NCBI GenBank assembly: GCA_951406725.2
Contig: OX597814.1
Coordinates: forward strand, 52,762,001 to 52,826,000
From: Octopus vulgaris
Lineage: Eukaryota
DNA: 64,000 nucleotides
Direction of reading: 5' to 3'
A program made the position numbers and the translations under genes. Positions 1 to 36,994 of this stretch are shown here, piece after piece; position 1 is the first letter of the stretch; the number at the start of each line of letters is the position of its first letter. Under the pieces are notes generated by a model that saw only the letters and a program-made list of their open reading frames with translations, was not told where the DNA came from and made no database searches.

Positions 1-929
1 GTTAGTAGTACGTGTTCTTAACCACTATGCCATATGCCTGTGGGTAATTATGGAGTGAATTTTAGGGCTTATAAATCTATTTTTCTATCCTTCCTTAATA
101 CCAGTTACCATATGATACTCATATCTGCACTCGGTCTGCTTAGGAGGTTGTTGTGTCCTAGCATATGTGCTGCTTCTTTTAGTTTTCATATTTTCCAGTG
201 GTGTTCTCTGTCTATTATTTTAACTTCATCCTACAGGGGGAGGTGGTCTCCATTTTTCCATACATGATCAACTATACTCGATTTATCAATATCTCCTCAT
301 GTCACAGCTTTGTGATGTTCCTCTACTCTTATTTTGAGTGGGGTGGCATGTTTTGCCCTTGTATAACCTACCATGGCTGCATGGGATGGAGTACTCACAA
401 TTTTTGGTCATATTCTCTTCTAATGGTGGTTTTACCCGAGGGAGATATTTGCAAAGTGTTGTATTACTCTTGAATACTGTCCTGATGTCATATGGGTCAC
501 ATATCTTGAATCTTTTCAGAGAGGCCTTTCACATAGGGTAGACAGACTGTAGACAGTTTATTGGTTTCATCCCCTCTTTTCTTCATAATTGGTGTTGATA
601 GTATGTTTTGGGGTAGTTGTTGCTTAGTAGATTGTTACTGAGCTTGATCATTTCTTCGTGGTGGGTATCATGATCACTGCTTGTATTCTTTACATTATTT
701 ACATTTGACAAGTATTTGTCCTCATCTTGTTTGTTAACACAACGTTTTAGCTGATATACCCTCCAGCCTTCGTCAAGTGTCTTGGGGAAATTTCGAACTT
801 GGGTTCTCATTCATAAGGTTTTTTTTTTATCTTCTTCTTCTTCTTCTTATTATTCAGGTCACTGCTTGGAATCGAACTTGGAATCTTAGGGTGAGTAGCC
901 CACATTCTTAACCACTACGCCATATGCCC
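1..929 (-). mobile_element. Penelope-like element remnant: tRNA-like head, (AAT)n, hammerhead, degenerate RT C-terminus + GIY-YIG endonuclease, then a second head
   Basis: Minus strand reads, across frameshifts and stops, VCLPYVKGLSEKI...NCEYSIPCSHGRLYKGKT...RVEEHH...VKIIDREHHWKI*KLKEAAHML, a Penelope/Poseidon-type GIY-YIG domain. The terminal unit at 693-929 recurs at 1-40. Confidence 0.85.
737..780 (-). ncRNA. Degenerate minimal type I hammerhead ribozyme
   Basis: ACAC-TTGACGA-A-GGCTG[loop]CAGCT-AAAAC-GTT-GTGT; both core boxes are mutated. Confidence 0.6.
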
Positions 930-995
930 ATGGGCGTAGTGGTTAAGAGTGCAGCCTACTAACCCCAAGATTCTGAGTTTTATTCCAGGCAGTGA

Positions 996-1037
<42 letters not shown>

Positions 1038-1092
1038 CATCGGAAAAAAAAATACCTTTGGAATGAGAATCCAGGTTCAAAATTTCCCCAAG

Positions 1093-1136
1093 ACACCTGA
1101 TGAAGGCTGGAGGGTATATCAGCCAAAATGTTGTGT
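1093..1136 (+). ncRNA. Minimal type I hammerhead ribozyme, GAAA box mutated
   Basis: ACAC-CTGATGA-A-GGCTG-GAGGGTATAT-CAGCC-AAAAT-GTT-GTGT; stem I is ACAC/GTGT, stem II is GGCTG/CAGCC. Confidence 0.7.
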
Positions 1137-1233
1137 TAACAACAAACAAGATGAGGATAAATACATCAACAACAACAACAACAACATTGAAAATACCTTG
1201 GGAATGAGAACCCAGGTTCAAAATTTCCCCAAG

Positions 1234-1277
1234 ACACCTGATGAAGGCTTGAGGGTATATCAGCCAAAACATCGTGT
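1234..1277 (+). ncRNA. Minimal type I hammerhead ribozyme, GAAA box mutated
   Basis: ACAC-CTGATGA-A-GGCTT[loop]CAGCC-AAAAC-ATC-GTGT. Confidence 0.65.
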
Positions 1278-1549
1278 TAACAACAAACAAGATGAGGACA
1301 AATATCTGTCAAATGTAAATAATGCAACTAATGTAGTATAGGATGTTACCCAGGGACTCAACTAACAGTCCACTACATCTTATAACAGAAACAGCTGTAA
1401 GCTAATGAAGTTCATTACATAACCTTTGTTTTTTTCCAGCATCATCATTTTTTCCTATTACCACTCTATACTCATCTAACATTGTGTTCTGGACCATATG
1501 TATATTGAGGTCTCACTATGCCTAAGTGAAATATTAAGATAATATAATA

Positions 1550-1591
<42 letters not shown>

Positions 1592-2433
1592 TCATATTTA
1601 CATGCACAATAAATCTCAGTGATTCTTACCAAGTTATTCACTTAGAATGCAATAAGTTAGTTTTGGTCTTAATTATTACAGCCATATCAACATATTTTCT
1701 GCAAAATAAATTTTAAAAACCAAGCAAGATTGTAAAACCAAAGTTAAAAGAAATACTCAGTGATAGAATTTTTAATGATTCCAATTTAATTTACCAATTG
1801 TTGACTCCTTGAACAAGGAAACTCTACAGCCTCTTTGTTTATGCAGTCTCATGGTTCTTAGTTTAAATTTTGTTAGACTTAATCTTTTATATTCATTATC
1901 AATGAACTGAATACCTTAATTTTATTGAAAGTAAAGATTGATATAACTATACGGTGTCACCTCCTATGCTGGGGTATTATTGAATGAAGAACATTTGGTT
2001 TGTTTTCAAGTTTTATTTGTTTGATATTATTCCTTATATTTTAATCACCTAAACTTACCAGTATTGTGTAAAGTTTTATCTCTATATTTAATACTAAGCA
2101 TAAACTTTAAACTTGAAATTAATCTGTATACTTAAAACAGATAGGTTCTAAAACTGAGTATGTGGGATCTAAAATTATTTTTGACTTCATGAAACAATGG
2201 TATATAAATGGTGCACTATGTATGACTTGTATAGAAGATATATGTTAGTAGCAATGTAGAATAACATGGAAATTGTCTTAGTGATTAGAGGAATATAGAG
2301 AAATTAACCTGAAAATTAGGTGGTAATATGGAAATTACCTTGCTCATTAAGTGACGGTGTAGGAATTAACCTGTAAAATTGTATTTTACCAATTTTGTGG
2401 CTGAAATAAATCCTGTTTCTCTCTTATCACCAG

Positions 2434-2592
2434 AACCTTATTATAAATTCTTGCAAAGAAAAACTGGCATGGGTTGAAAATACTCCTACAGCAACAACAC
2501 AAGAATTCATCTCACAGCAAGTTGCTTTGGATACTGCATTGTCTGCTGTACTATCTAAAGTTACCAAAAATCTGAATAAATCAACAGTCTGA
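2434..2592 (+). CDS. ANKRD45: Terminal coding exon of an ANKRD45-like protein (Hsp70 C-terminal-lid-like helical domain)
   Basis: Pyrimidine tract + CAG acceptor, then NLIINSCKEKLAWVENTPTATTQEFISQQVALDTALSAVLSKVTKNLNKSTV*. This resembles the recalled human ANKRD45 tail NTILSACRAKNEWLETHTEASINELFEQRQQLEDIVTPIFTKM. No EEVD motif. AATAAA at 2733 and 2836. Confidence 0.7.
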   Translation, partial: NLIINSCKEKLAWVENTPTATTQEFISQQVALDTALSAVLSKVTKNLNKSTV

Positions 2593-3278
2593 GGGTGTAC
2601 TATCCAAAATAGATTCCTTTTCAGAGATTCCAGTTCACTCTGTTCTTAATATTATTGATTTGATTTATTATCCAGACATTGATAATGAATACTTGTTCAT
2701 CAGCCAATTTATAGGGTTTCCTTTGTATTGGAAATAAATCAATGTTAATTGCTGATAGTTCAAAAAGACAAGAAAATTATTTATCAGAGGTGAGTAATTA
2801 TATCTTAGACTACCATTTGATACTTTTTCCTTTCTAATAAAATGAACATAAAATAACAGAGATATTATTAGTTGTTTAGGAAAACAAATCATCCAAAAAA
2901 AATCCATATTGATGTAACTAAGGTGGGAACAAATGAATAGCAGTTAAAAGGAATGGCAACAGAAAGGTATTTATAGAAAGAAAATATGTATAAGGATACT
3001 TTTCCTATGTGTGTTTAAAGATCTTGTTCTCTTTGACTGTCATAGTGTCTTAGGATCATTACACTGAAATGGGGTCCTATTGCTTTCTCTAAGTAGGCAT
3101 GTAAACTAAAGCTTAAGTAAGAAATAAGAGTTGTGGCATTTATTTGTTAATGAAAAGTATTAATAATGGAGAAATGAATATTAACAGCTGGAAATTGAAA
3201 CCAAGCAATGTACACACTTAGCTAGGAGTGCCCTTTATATTTAAATTTGTAGAACAAAAGATTTTCAGTGTATGCACA

Positions 3279-3325
<47 letters not shown>

Positions 3326-3433
3326 ATTAATTTAAAAAATCAGAGAAAAATGAAAAACAAAAAAACACACAAACTTGAGGACATAGCACAAGCAAAATAT
3401 TAATATGATGCTTGGAGAAGGAAAAGAGTAGTT

Positions 3434-3467
3434 ATTTTCATTTTGAGCATAGCTCTTCTTCAGAAAT
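3434..3467 (-). ncRNA. Degenerate hammerhead of a second PLE terminal-repeat family
   Basis: Minus strand: ATTT-CTGAAGA-A-GAGC-TAT-GCTC-AAAAT-GAAAAT. Confidence 0.45.
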
Positions 3468-3619
3468 GGTAAAGTCCAAAAGGCAAAGAAGGAAGGAAAA
3501 AAAAAATCGCCAATAATCTATGCGTGGTTATATTTTTGAAGTTATTGGAAGTAGAAGGACAAAGAGAAAGTGCTTTCTGGGACAGGAGAGTGTAAAGAAT
3601 GCTGGTGCGTGTGCTGAAG

Positions 3620-3905
3620 GGCTGTTCAGGCTCCATGTCTGTTTTGGCATGGTTCCTATGACTAGATCCCCTTACTTACGCTAACCACTTCACAGAATGT
3701 ACTGGGTGCTTTTTATGTGACACCCATAAGATTAGGGATGCCCAGCTGGAGAGGGTTACAAGGGATGAGCCTGTATGCAAAGGCAACCATGCTTCATGTG
3801 TCTTTTCAAGCACAGCAAACTGACAGGTGTCTCGGTGCCCCATCATTCCCTCTGTGAGCCCCAACATTTGTAGATCCTTTCTCACCACTTCGTCCCATGT
3901 TCTCT
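3620..3905 (-). mobile_element. SINE fragment plus RTE-type LINE 3' end relic
   Basis: Minus translation WDEVVRKDLQMLGLTEGM resembles an RTE C-terminus; 3620-3720 matches the (GAT)n-tailed SINE family seen elsewhere in the window. Confidence 0.5.
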
Positions 3906-3936
3906 TTGCAATTAAATAATATATATATACATATAA

Positions 3937-4116
3937 AATCAGAAAATGGAGAAAACCTCAGATTGACAAACACATCGATTAGATTGCATTTATAGCTTAT
4001 TAATATAAAGCATGCCATAACAAATATTTGTTGTCATGCTTTGTATTAATAAATAAGCTATAAATGTGGTTCAATAAATGTGTTTGTCAATCTGAGGTTT
4101 TCTCCATTTTCTGATT
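3937..4116. repeat. 180-bp spacerless inverted repeat
   Basis: Outer 39 bp (AATCAGAAAATGGAGAAAACCTCAGATTGACAAACACAT) are perfectly complementary; the centre is the palindrome AACAAATATTTGTT. Confidence 0.9.
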
Positions 4117-5943
4117 ATTTGCATTGGTTCCTGATAAACTCTTGTGTATCCTGTTACCTGGACTCTATGTGCATGGTGTGCCTGCACATCAAGGCCTGGA
4201 AATAATACAGGTAATAGATAGCGATAGTATATATGAATATTTTATCCCTTAGTCGGTTGTTATAACTGCTAACTCTGTATATATACATAAGCCAACAAGA
4301 TAACCTCAATGTGGTTGCCCAGCTTTGCTATATATAGCAGCTAAATCTCTCTCACATCGTATCTTACTGACTTACAAAATATATATTAGATAATGAAGTC
4401 CTAATTTTTAAAAAAATTTTAGTCAGGAGGGAAGGCTGTGGTTATGACTCTTTACAGGGTTCTGAGACAGTTGGTGTGGAAGGAGAAAGGAATACTGAAA
4501 CTGGAGTCCTGGCCCAAATGCTTGCAATAGAGTGGATTCTGATGAGGCACTCAAGGTGAGGTGACAGTGATAAACCAGGCAATGGAGTAAGTCTATCACT
4601 TGAACTCAGAATACCAAGTGCTGGTAACACACTGTATGACAGAAAAAAAAAGTGCATCACAGCTGAAATACTTTTATGTCTATTTGGGGCTTCTGAGGTT
4701 AATCAACTGTAATTCATAAGGCAGACATTGTTTTTTTTTGTCCTCACTGACTGATGCAATTGGTGTGGTTAATATTGTGTGTAAAATTCTGTCAATTAAT
4801 AACTGAAGGAAAAAACAGACATGAAGACAGGTACAATAGGACACAGTTCTAAGAGAAAGATTCTGGAGCAAATCACTTAGTGAAAAGTTCAGGACAAAAA
4901 GATAAACGAGAGGGGGAGAGGCAGGTGACTTAAGTGAGCTTGGGTGGTGGTAATATGCATCTTGCTAGCTCAAAGGAATGGTGGCAGAAGAAACAAAATA
5001 GAGGTAGCATTGTGTTAGTTGGCTATCAGTTGTGTGTTGCCAATAAACCAAAAAGCATTTTTATGTGATCTACAATGTTTGTGTAATATAGCAGCGATAC
5101 CATTTGATATTTGTGAGAAGTATTCTTGTATGAGTTACATTTGAGCTTTGTAAAGGATTAGTAACTGATCAGCACTTAAGTATTTTCTGGTCCTAAAAGT
5201 GGATATAGCTTTTTGGGTGTAGGTTTGGCAATATTATAGATGTAAGGTTACCATAGCAAATCATTAGAGATTATGAGGCTTTATATTTGATACAAGTTTG
5301 AAAATAGAGGTACGTTCTGAGAAAGTTACAGGAAATTAGAAACATCATCAATATGTAATAAGAATAGTGTGGGAAGAAATATGTACTAAGATTTTATCAA
5401 AGCCAAAAATAGAAAAAAGTAAACTTGAACTTGGGTGTTAGATCAAATTGTAGAAAGTTGGTTCTAACAGAGAAAGTGAGAAAGGAAACCTTTAGTAATT
5501 TGTAATGTAAATTTACCTAAATTTGTAGCATAGCCATTTTGAAAAAAGTTTAGTATTCTGAAAATATAGACTACTATGAGATAAAATATGTGTGATTCAC
5601 AGGGAAAGCATTTAATTGTAATTATCTGCAATATATAAATAACACAGATTAGAGATAAAGCTCTTGATGAGCAGAGCCCATGATGTATGGTTGATGTCAT
5701 TTAACCTAATTTATATTGTTAATATCTCTGGGAAGGGCAAACATGTAATCACACCATTTTAGTCTTTCAAAAGTTCAGGTTTCATAAATCAAAATATTAA
5801 CTTTAGAGATATGACCATTGTGGTTGTGTAAATAAATTTACTTGGCAACAATATGATTCCAAGTTTGACCCCCACTATGTAACATCTTGTGAATCCAATT
5901 TGGTTGATGAAAGCTGTGCAGAAAGCCTGTTGTATACATGCTG

Positions 5944-6122
5944 AAATGATGATGATGTTTATCAAACTGATAAGTTACAACACTGGTTTTAAGCAGTGCA
6001 AACATAAACTTAGATATGTCATCATCATCACAGATGTTAAATGATGATGATAATGTGTTTATGTTTGCACAGCTTAAAACCAGTGTTGTAACTTAGCAGT
6101 TTGATAAACATCATCATCATTT
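5944..6122. repeat. Inverted repeat, 66-bp arms with 47-bp spacer
   Basis: 5944-6009 vs 6057-6122 with 2 mismatches; the spacer holds a (CAT)n/(ATG)n inner hairpin. Confidence 0.9.
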
Positions 6123-8552
6123 AACATTCCCTTTTGCATGATGGTACATCAATAAAGTAGCAGACTGAAATAAGGATGGTAGGGGCAGAGTGTTGATATG
6201 CTCAACTAAAGCTTTAAAAGGTGGTGCTCCAGCAAAGCTAAATTCCAATTTCAAATCAGTAAAAGAATCATCTTATACGATGATCTTTCAGGCTTGCAAG
6301 ATATAGAAGTTGATTTTAGATAGAAGTATAATGAAAAACAGTTCTAAATCTAAGGTTGCCAAATAAGAACCATTAATATTCTGACAGAGGAATTACAAAT
6401 CAACATGTACACATGAGTTTATGAACTGGTGGAGAAAGAAATTAAATTCATAGTCTGTAACAATGAATTTCTGAATATAAGATCTCCAAGAAAATTAGTC
6501 AATTGATATATCAATTTTATACCTGATGTGATGGACAATGAATAAACTATAAAATTGCGAACTAAAGATAGACCAATCTGAGAAAATATCCAAATGCAGT
6601 TAAGTAGAAAGGCTGTCATTGGATATATCAAAAGAAACTCTAATTTCCAAAGAACAGAATTATAAGTTCTCTTTCATTGATCTATAGTTAATGGACAATT
6701 GTATTTAGATCAAGCACATATTTTGAGCATCAATTGATGTAATTCATAAAAAATATGTAATGAAATAAAAAGCAATGTTTAATCCCTTAAGTTTTCATAA
6801 ATATTTCTGTCCAATTTTGATGTTTTACTATTCCACAGCTGTTTTTGTTTCACATTTAGAAGTTATGTGACTTTTTAACAAATTTTGTATATTGAAACAC
6901 TGAAATTTTTTTATATCATAATTTCTGTAATTAAAAAAAAAAAAAAAAAAACGAAACAAAGAGACAAGTTACCTATTTAAACAAATAATCAAATTTTTTA
7001 TTGCTCCAGATTTTGGCTGGAAATGTTGGATTCTTCATGATTTATTGAATGTCCTGGATAGAGGAAGGTTTCATTTGTTCAGGATATATAATTGTTACAA
7101 GTATGTTCGAAGTATGAGTGAATACAGATTCAACCTGACTAATTGTAGGTTCTTAACTATACCAGATGTTGTATTGTCATAAAGACAGTAAACATTAGTT
7201 GATTATAACAACCTATATGCAATGTCTTTACTGGGGGTACCTCATATAGTAAAGGGATAAGTAAATTAATTTTTCCTCAGCATGCATTTTAAAAAGAAAT
7301 GAGTAGTTTGTTGCCTTAAATATCCAATAATGGTATGAGGTCATAATGTCAATATAGCCTCATACCATCATGGAAACCAAGTGATTGAAATTAAACTGAC
7401 AACTGTTAAAAAGCTGCAGTCTTACTCCTTATACACTAGTCTAAATGTTCTTGGTAGGTGAAAAAACATTTGTGAGGAAGATCAAATTAGAAAATGTTTT
7501 TTGAAATGTTTTTCAATCAATATTTAAGACTGAAATCTATTCAACAAATTGTGAAGTTCTTTCTTATGAAGACAAACCATGAATAAAATACAAAGAATTT
7601 GTTATTTAATCTAAATAAGTGTCAAGCATTACATAGAAAGTTGTCAGTTTAGATTATAGAAAAAGTTTCACCATTTAAAATTGTGACAGTTCTGACAAAG
7701 CTATGACTTAAAACTGACAAGAAATATTTAAATAGTCACCTGCTCCACTGATTCACAGCTGAAGGTTAAGTGAAGTAACAGAAAGGGCAGAGTAAATACT
7801 CCCCCCATCTCCCTCCCAAATTCAAATTAGGTGAAGGTAGGTTTCACCTTTCAACATTGCAAGGCCAATAAAAGAAGTTATCACGAAACAAGACTGATTC
7901 AATTGATTATATTCCATCCCAACAAATTTCTGTCATTGTGCTAATATGAGTGCTATAGTTTCCTCGCTGCTTTTAATGTTATAAAAGTTTTAAAAATTAT
8001 CTCCCTTCTTATCTACTAGCCAGCAGTTACATGAAGGCTACTCATACATAACCATCACTAGGTATGTAACCTAACTTGACGAATATAGTAACATTTGTAT
8101 TTTAAAATGATTTTTAGATAATTGTTTCAGTCTTTTTACAGATTTGTCTTATGCATATGCATAGCTCATAAAATTTAAACAAATTGACTACTCCAGAAAA
8201 TCCTATTTTGGTTTACTTCAGAAAGATAGAGTAAAGGATTGGTTATTAGCACAATAATTATTGGAATAGCTTTCATAGCTTTGTCAGACGAAAAGAAATG
8301 GTTTTTTTAACTGAAACAAACTTAGTATTGAATATTAATCCCAACAGCTGTAGGATTGAATTTCACATTGGTGTTTGTAATCACAAATACACTGCTACCT
8401 CTTATTGCCCTGGCTTGGCTGGTTTGATTGAAAAATTTTGTTTCTTTTAAACCTTTTTTTTTTAACTATTCAAGAAGACATTTATTTAAAAACTCATTGG
8501 ATAATGCATGTATATCTAGTTTCCAAGATGAGAACTTGTCAGAAAAATATTT

Positions 8553-8999
8553 AGGCGTAGGAGTGGCTGTATGGTAAGTATAGGCATAAGAGTGGCTGTG
8601 TGGTAAGTAGCTTGCTTACGAACCACATGGTTCCGGGTTCAGTCCCATTGCGTGGCACCTTGGGCAAGTGTCTTCTACTATAGCCTTGTGAGTGAATTTG
8701 GTAGACGGAAACTGAAAGCAGCCTGTCATATATACACACACACACACATATATATATACACACACACACACACATATGTGTGTGTGTGTGTATATGTTTG
8801 TGTCTCTGCGTTTGTCCCCAACATCGCTTGACAACTGATGCTGTTGTGTTTATGTCCCCGTAACTTAGCGGATTGGCAAAAGTGACCGATAGAATAAGTA
8901 CTAGGCTTACAAAGAATAAGTCCTGGGCTCAATTTGCTCGACTAAAGGCGGTGCTCCAGCATAGCCACAGTCAAATGATTGAAACAAGTAAAAGAGTAA
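8553..8999 (+). mobile_element. tRNA-derived SINE with internal (CA)/(TG) microsatellite and duplicated head
   Basis: A box TGGCTGTGTGG, B box GGTTCAGTCC. Same family in reverse at 25363-25814; fragments near 5820, 19340, 23640 and 26880. Confidence 0.85.
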
Positions 9000-9244
9000 A
9001 CATACGAGAAATAAATAAATCATATCCTTCCTTTCATTCAGTACACTAAGACTTAGTTTCTGTGCTGAATCAACTCATTTGATAATTGAACATTACTTAT
9101 AATCCTTAGGAAATGTGTTTGGTGAAAGGGAGAGAGAAAATTTGTGGTATACATTGTTTTCTCTTGACTAAGTAGGTTAGATGATTTTTGAAATGTAATA
9201 CTTTTCTTTTGTTTGAAAAAAAATTTATATCTACTGGTCTACTG

Positions 9245-9319
<75 letters not shown>

Positions 9320-9836
9320 GTTATGACTTACTTTAGTCAGGCAACTGAGTAGACAAATAGATTCAAAATGAGAGAACCTTAATATCAACTATACAAATAT
9401 CTCAAATTTATAGGCATACAATACAAAATCTTTAGGCATAAGAAATAATAAATTAATGCACATTCCCACACATATATACATATATAATTTAATGTATAAC
9501 TCATTCATTTATTACATAATATATTATAGCCTCAACATTGCATTGCTTTAGACAACCAAGATAACTTGGTAACATTTTATTAATTATCTTTTTATGGATA
9601 CAGAGGTGTTAAGGATTCCAGAGGAAAATATGGACCTGGCTCTAATGACTCATGTGAAATGAAAATAGTTGTAAAAATTCAGTTTTTTCTTTTTTTTTTC
9701 TTTTTGCAAGAGTGGAGTCATCAGGTTGATTAGATGTTAAAATGTCTCATTCTTTTTAATCTGGAACTGAGCAACATTTGAATAGTTTCTACTGTATTCT
9801 ATTAAAAAAAAACAAAAACAAAGTAGGAGTGTTTCA

Positions 9837-33558
<23,722 letters not shown>

Positions 33559-33720
33559 TGTGTGAAGGTCAAGCTCTTACGACAGCCGCCTGTGCGGAGC
33601 AACGCTTGTTATCGGTTAGTTACGGCTGCCAAAGCTTAAACCTCACTGCTACAACTTAACTCTTTACATGCATATAGTTACGTAAACTACGTTTTGTTTC
33701 CTGCTTTTTTTCTAAATTGC
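33559..33720 (-). promoter_or_regulatory. Putative DLD 5' UTR / promoter
   Basis: Local CpG retention against a CpG-depleted gene body; TNAAGGTCA (33563-33571) and TTACGTAA (33678-33685) motifs. Confidence 0.55.
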
Positions 33721-35049
33721 ATTTCTTTCAAATGAAAATGTATTTCTATGAAAATTTAGTTTTTAACGCTGTAAACTTATCACATATTTAAAAAAAAAGA
33801 GAATAAAAATATGGCTGAAGGAAAATACTTCAGATGGGCGGATGTGGGGTGTTTTGCATACTAAATATGCACATGGTTAGGTTTCACATGTGATATAGTG
33901 AGATGATAAACTTCAGTCAGTTGCAATTATCTTAACCATCGCTTGAGGAAAACTCCCTCAAGAAATTATAAAATCTTTAAAAAAAAAAGGGAGGTAACTC
34001 CAATAAAACCAAATGCATATTGGAGTGGATCTGGTGTGTGAAGTGAATTGAAAAAAGCAACGACGTGTTTCGGTCTTATTAAATCTTCTCAGTGAAGCAT
34101 TTTTTTTTTTACTTGGCAAAACTAAAAGTGATCAATATATCGATTACGATTAAGGGAAATATTGTGATACCGATTAAAAATTCCAGCTATATGGCTAAGT
34201 GGGGGAAAAAACCTGCAAGGGAATGTTCTGCATTCGAAATACAAATACTCTAGAATATCATATGTAATATTGTGAATTGAAAGATTTCATAAATCTGAGC
34301 TTATCGAAGCAATTTGTAGATAAAGCCTTTTGCTAGGTGTATTAAAAACCGAAAAACAACAAAAAATTGAAATAATTCCAAAAAGATCAGTTGACTGAAA
34401 GTTTTAGATAACATGTATTGGAGTGGATTGGGTCAGCAAAGGCAACTGGAGAAAACAAGGGACATGTTTTAGTCTTGTGAGACCTCCTCAGTTAAGCTTA
34501 ATCTATTTTGTCTGTCTCTCTCAGTTTATGCACATACCCACATATCATCATCATCATAATTCAATATCCATGCTCCATGCTTGAATGAGTTTAATGGTTT
34601 GACAGGATCCACTGGGTCCAAGGACTGCATCATGCTTCAGTTTCTGCTTTGACACAGTTTCTATGGCTAGATACCCTTCCCAACATCAACCACTTGATGT
34701 AGTGGATACTTTTTCATGCCACCATCACTAGAGAGGTCACTACACAGCTTGTGAGACTATAAATTCCAAGATAGGGGATGACTTTATGCTAGGAGCATAA
34801 GGTATAGAATATAAGAGAAAAGAGATGGAAAAGAAGCACGCTCTAAAGCAATGAGCAGTAATGTATTAAAAGTAATTAAGTTTATGTCCGATCATACTAA
34901 CCAATGGTTTTGCATCCACAAAGGCCTTTGTCAAACTCTAAAGCCAAAGACAAAATTATTTTGTCTTCAGCTTTAGAGTCTGATGAGACGTTTGGTTACT
35001 CTATGACCAGACAAAAACTTGATTACTTTTAATATATATCTATACCTAA

Positions 35050-36598
<1,549 letters not shown>

Positions 36599-36811
36599 TT
36601 TACTGGAATGTAATTTCATGTCTTTTGATAAGCTACAATGTTTTGGATGAATTAAAAGACAAGTGGGATTTAGTAATGTTTATTGCCAAAGAATTTTTTT
36701 TTGCAACATCTCTAAAGTTCAATGATGAATTGAAATTGAATTGATGATTTATCTATCTGAAAGCTTGTTTTTTGCACTACAACATTCAGTTTAGAAATAA
36801 AATTAGTTTAA

Positions 36812-36994
36812 CCCTTTTGATACCAGTCTGTCCAAGATCTCCCTAGTTCTGTGATACAAATTTTGCTTTAAGTTGATCTAAACTAAAACCCTACATCAAA
36901 ATTTCATGCTAATTTATGTCACCAAAACCAGCCTTATAATGACAGTTATTTTACCAAATTCTTCATTATATTTAAAATTAATTGAAACAAAGGG
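36812..36994. mobile_element. TTAA-flanked MITE, second family
   Basis: TTAA|CCCTTT...AAAGGG|TTAA. Confidence 0.55.

Larger units (their letters stand above)
930..1322 (+). mobile_element. Inverted terminal unit of the same PLE family with two tandem hammerhead modules
   Basis: Head GGCGTAGTGGTTAAGAG...GAGTTTTATTCC (932-1000), then (AAT)n and two ~140-bp modules. Joined head-to-head to the minus copy at the palindrome GCCCATGGGC (926-935). Confidence 0.85.

Noticed and set aside
932-1000. tRNA gene
   Set aside because: A/B boxes are present but there is no acceptor stem or credible cloverleaf; it is the head of a multi-copy repeat.
949-1341. 130-aa Asn-rich ORF (and similar ORFs at 583-810, 60363-60629)
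   Set aside because: Translations of (AAT)n plus the hammerhead module; not protein-like.
2434-2592. Hsp70 gene
   Set aside because: Only lid-like similarity, no EEVD/GGMP tail; a better fit to ANKRD45.
4440-6700. Possible retroelement gag/ORF1 debris
   Set aside because: No diagnostic motif could be recovered.
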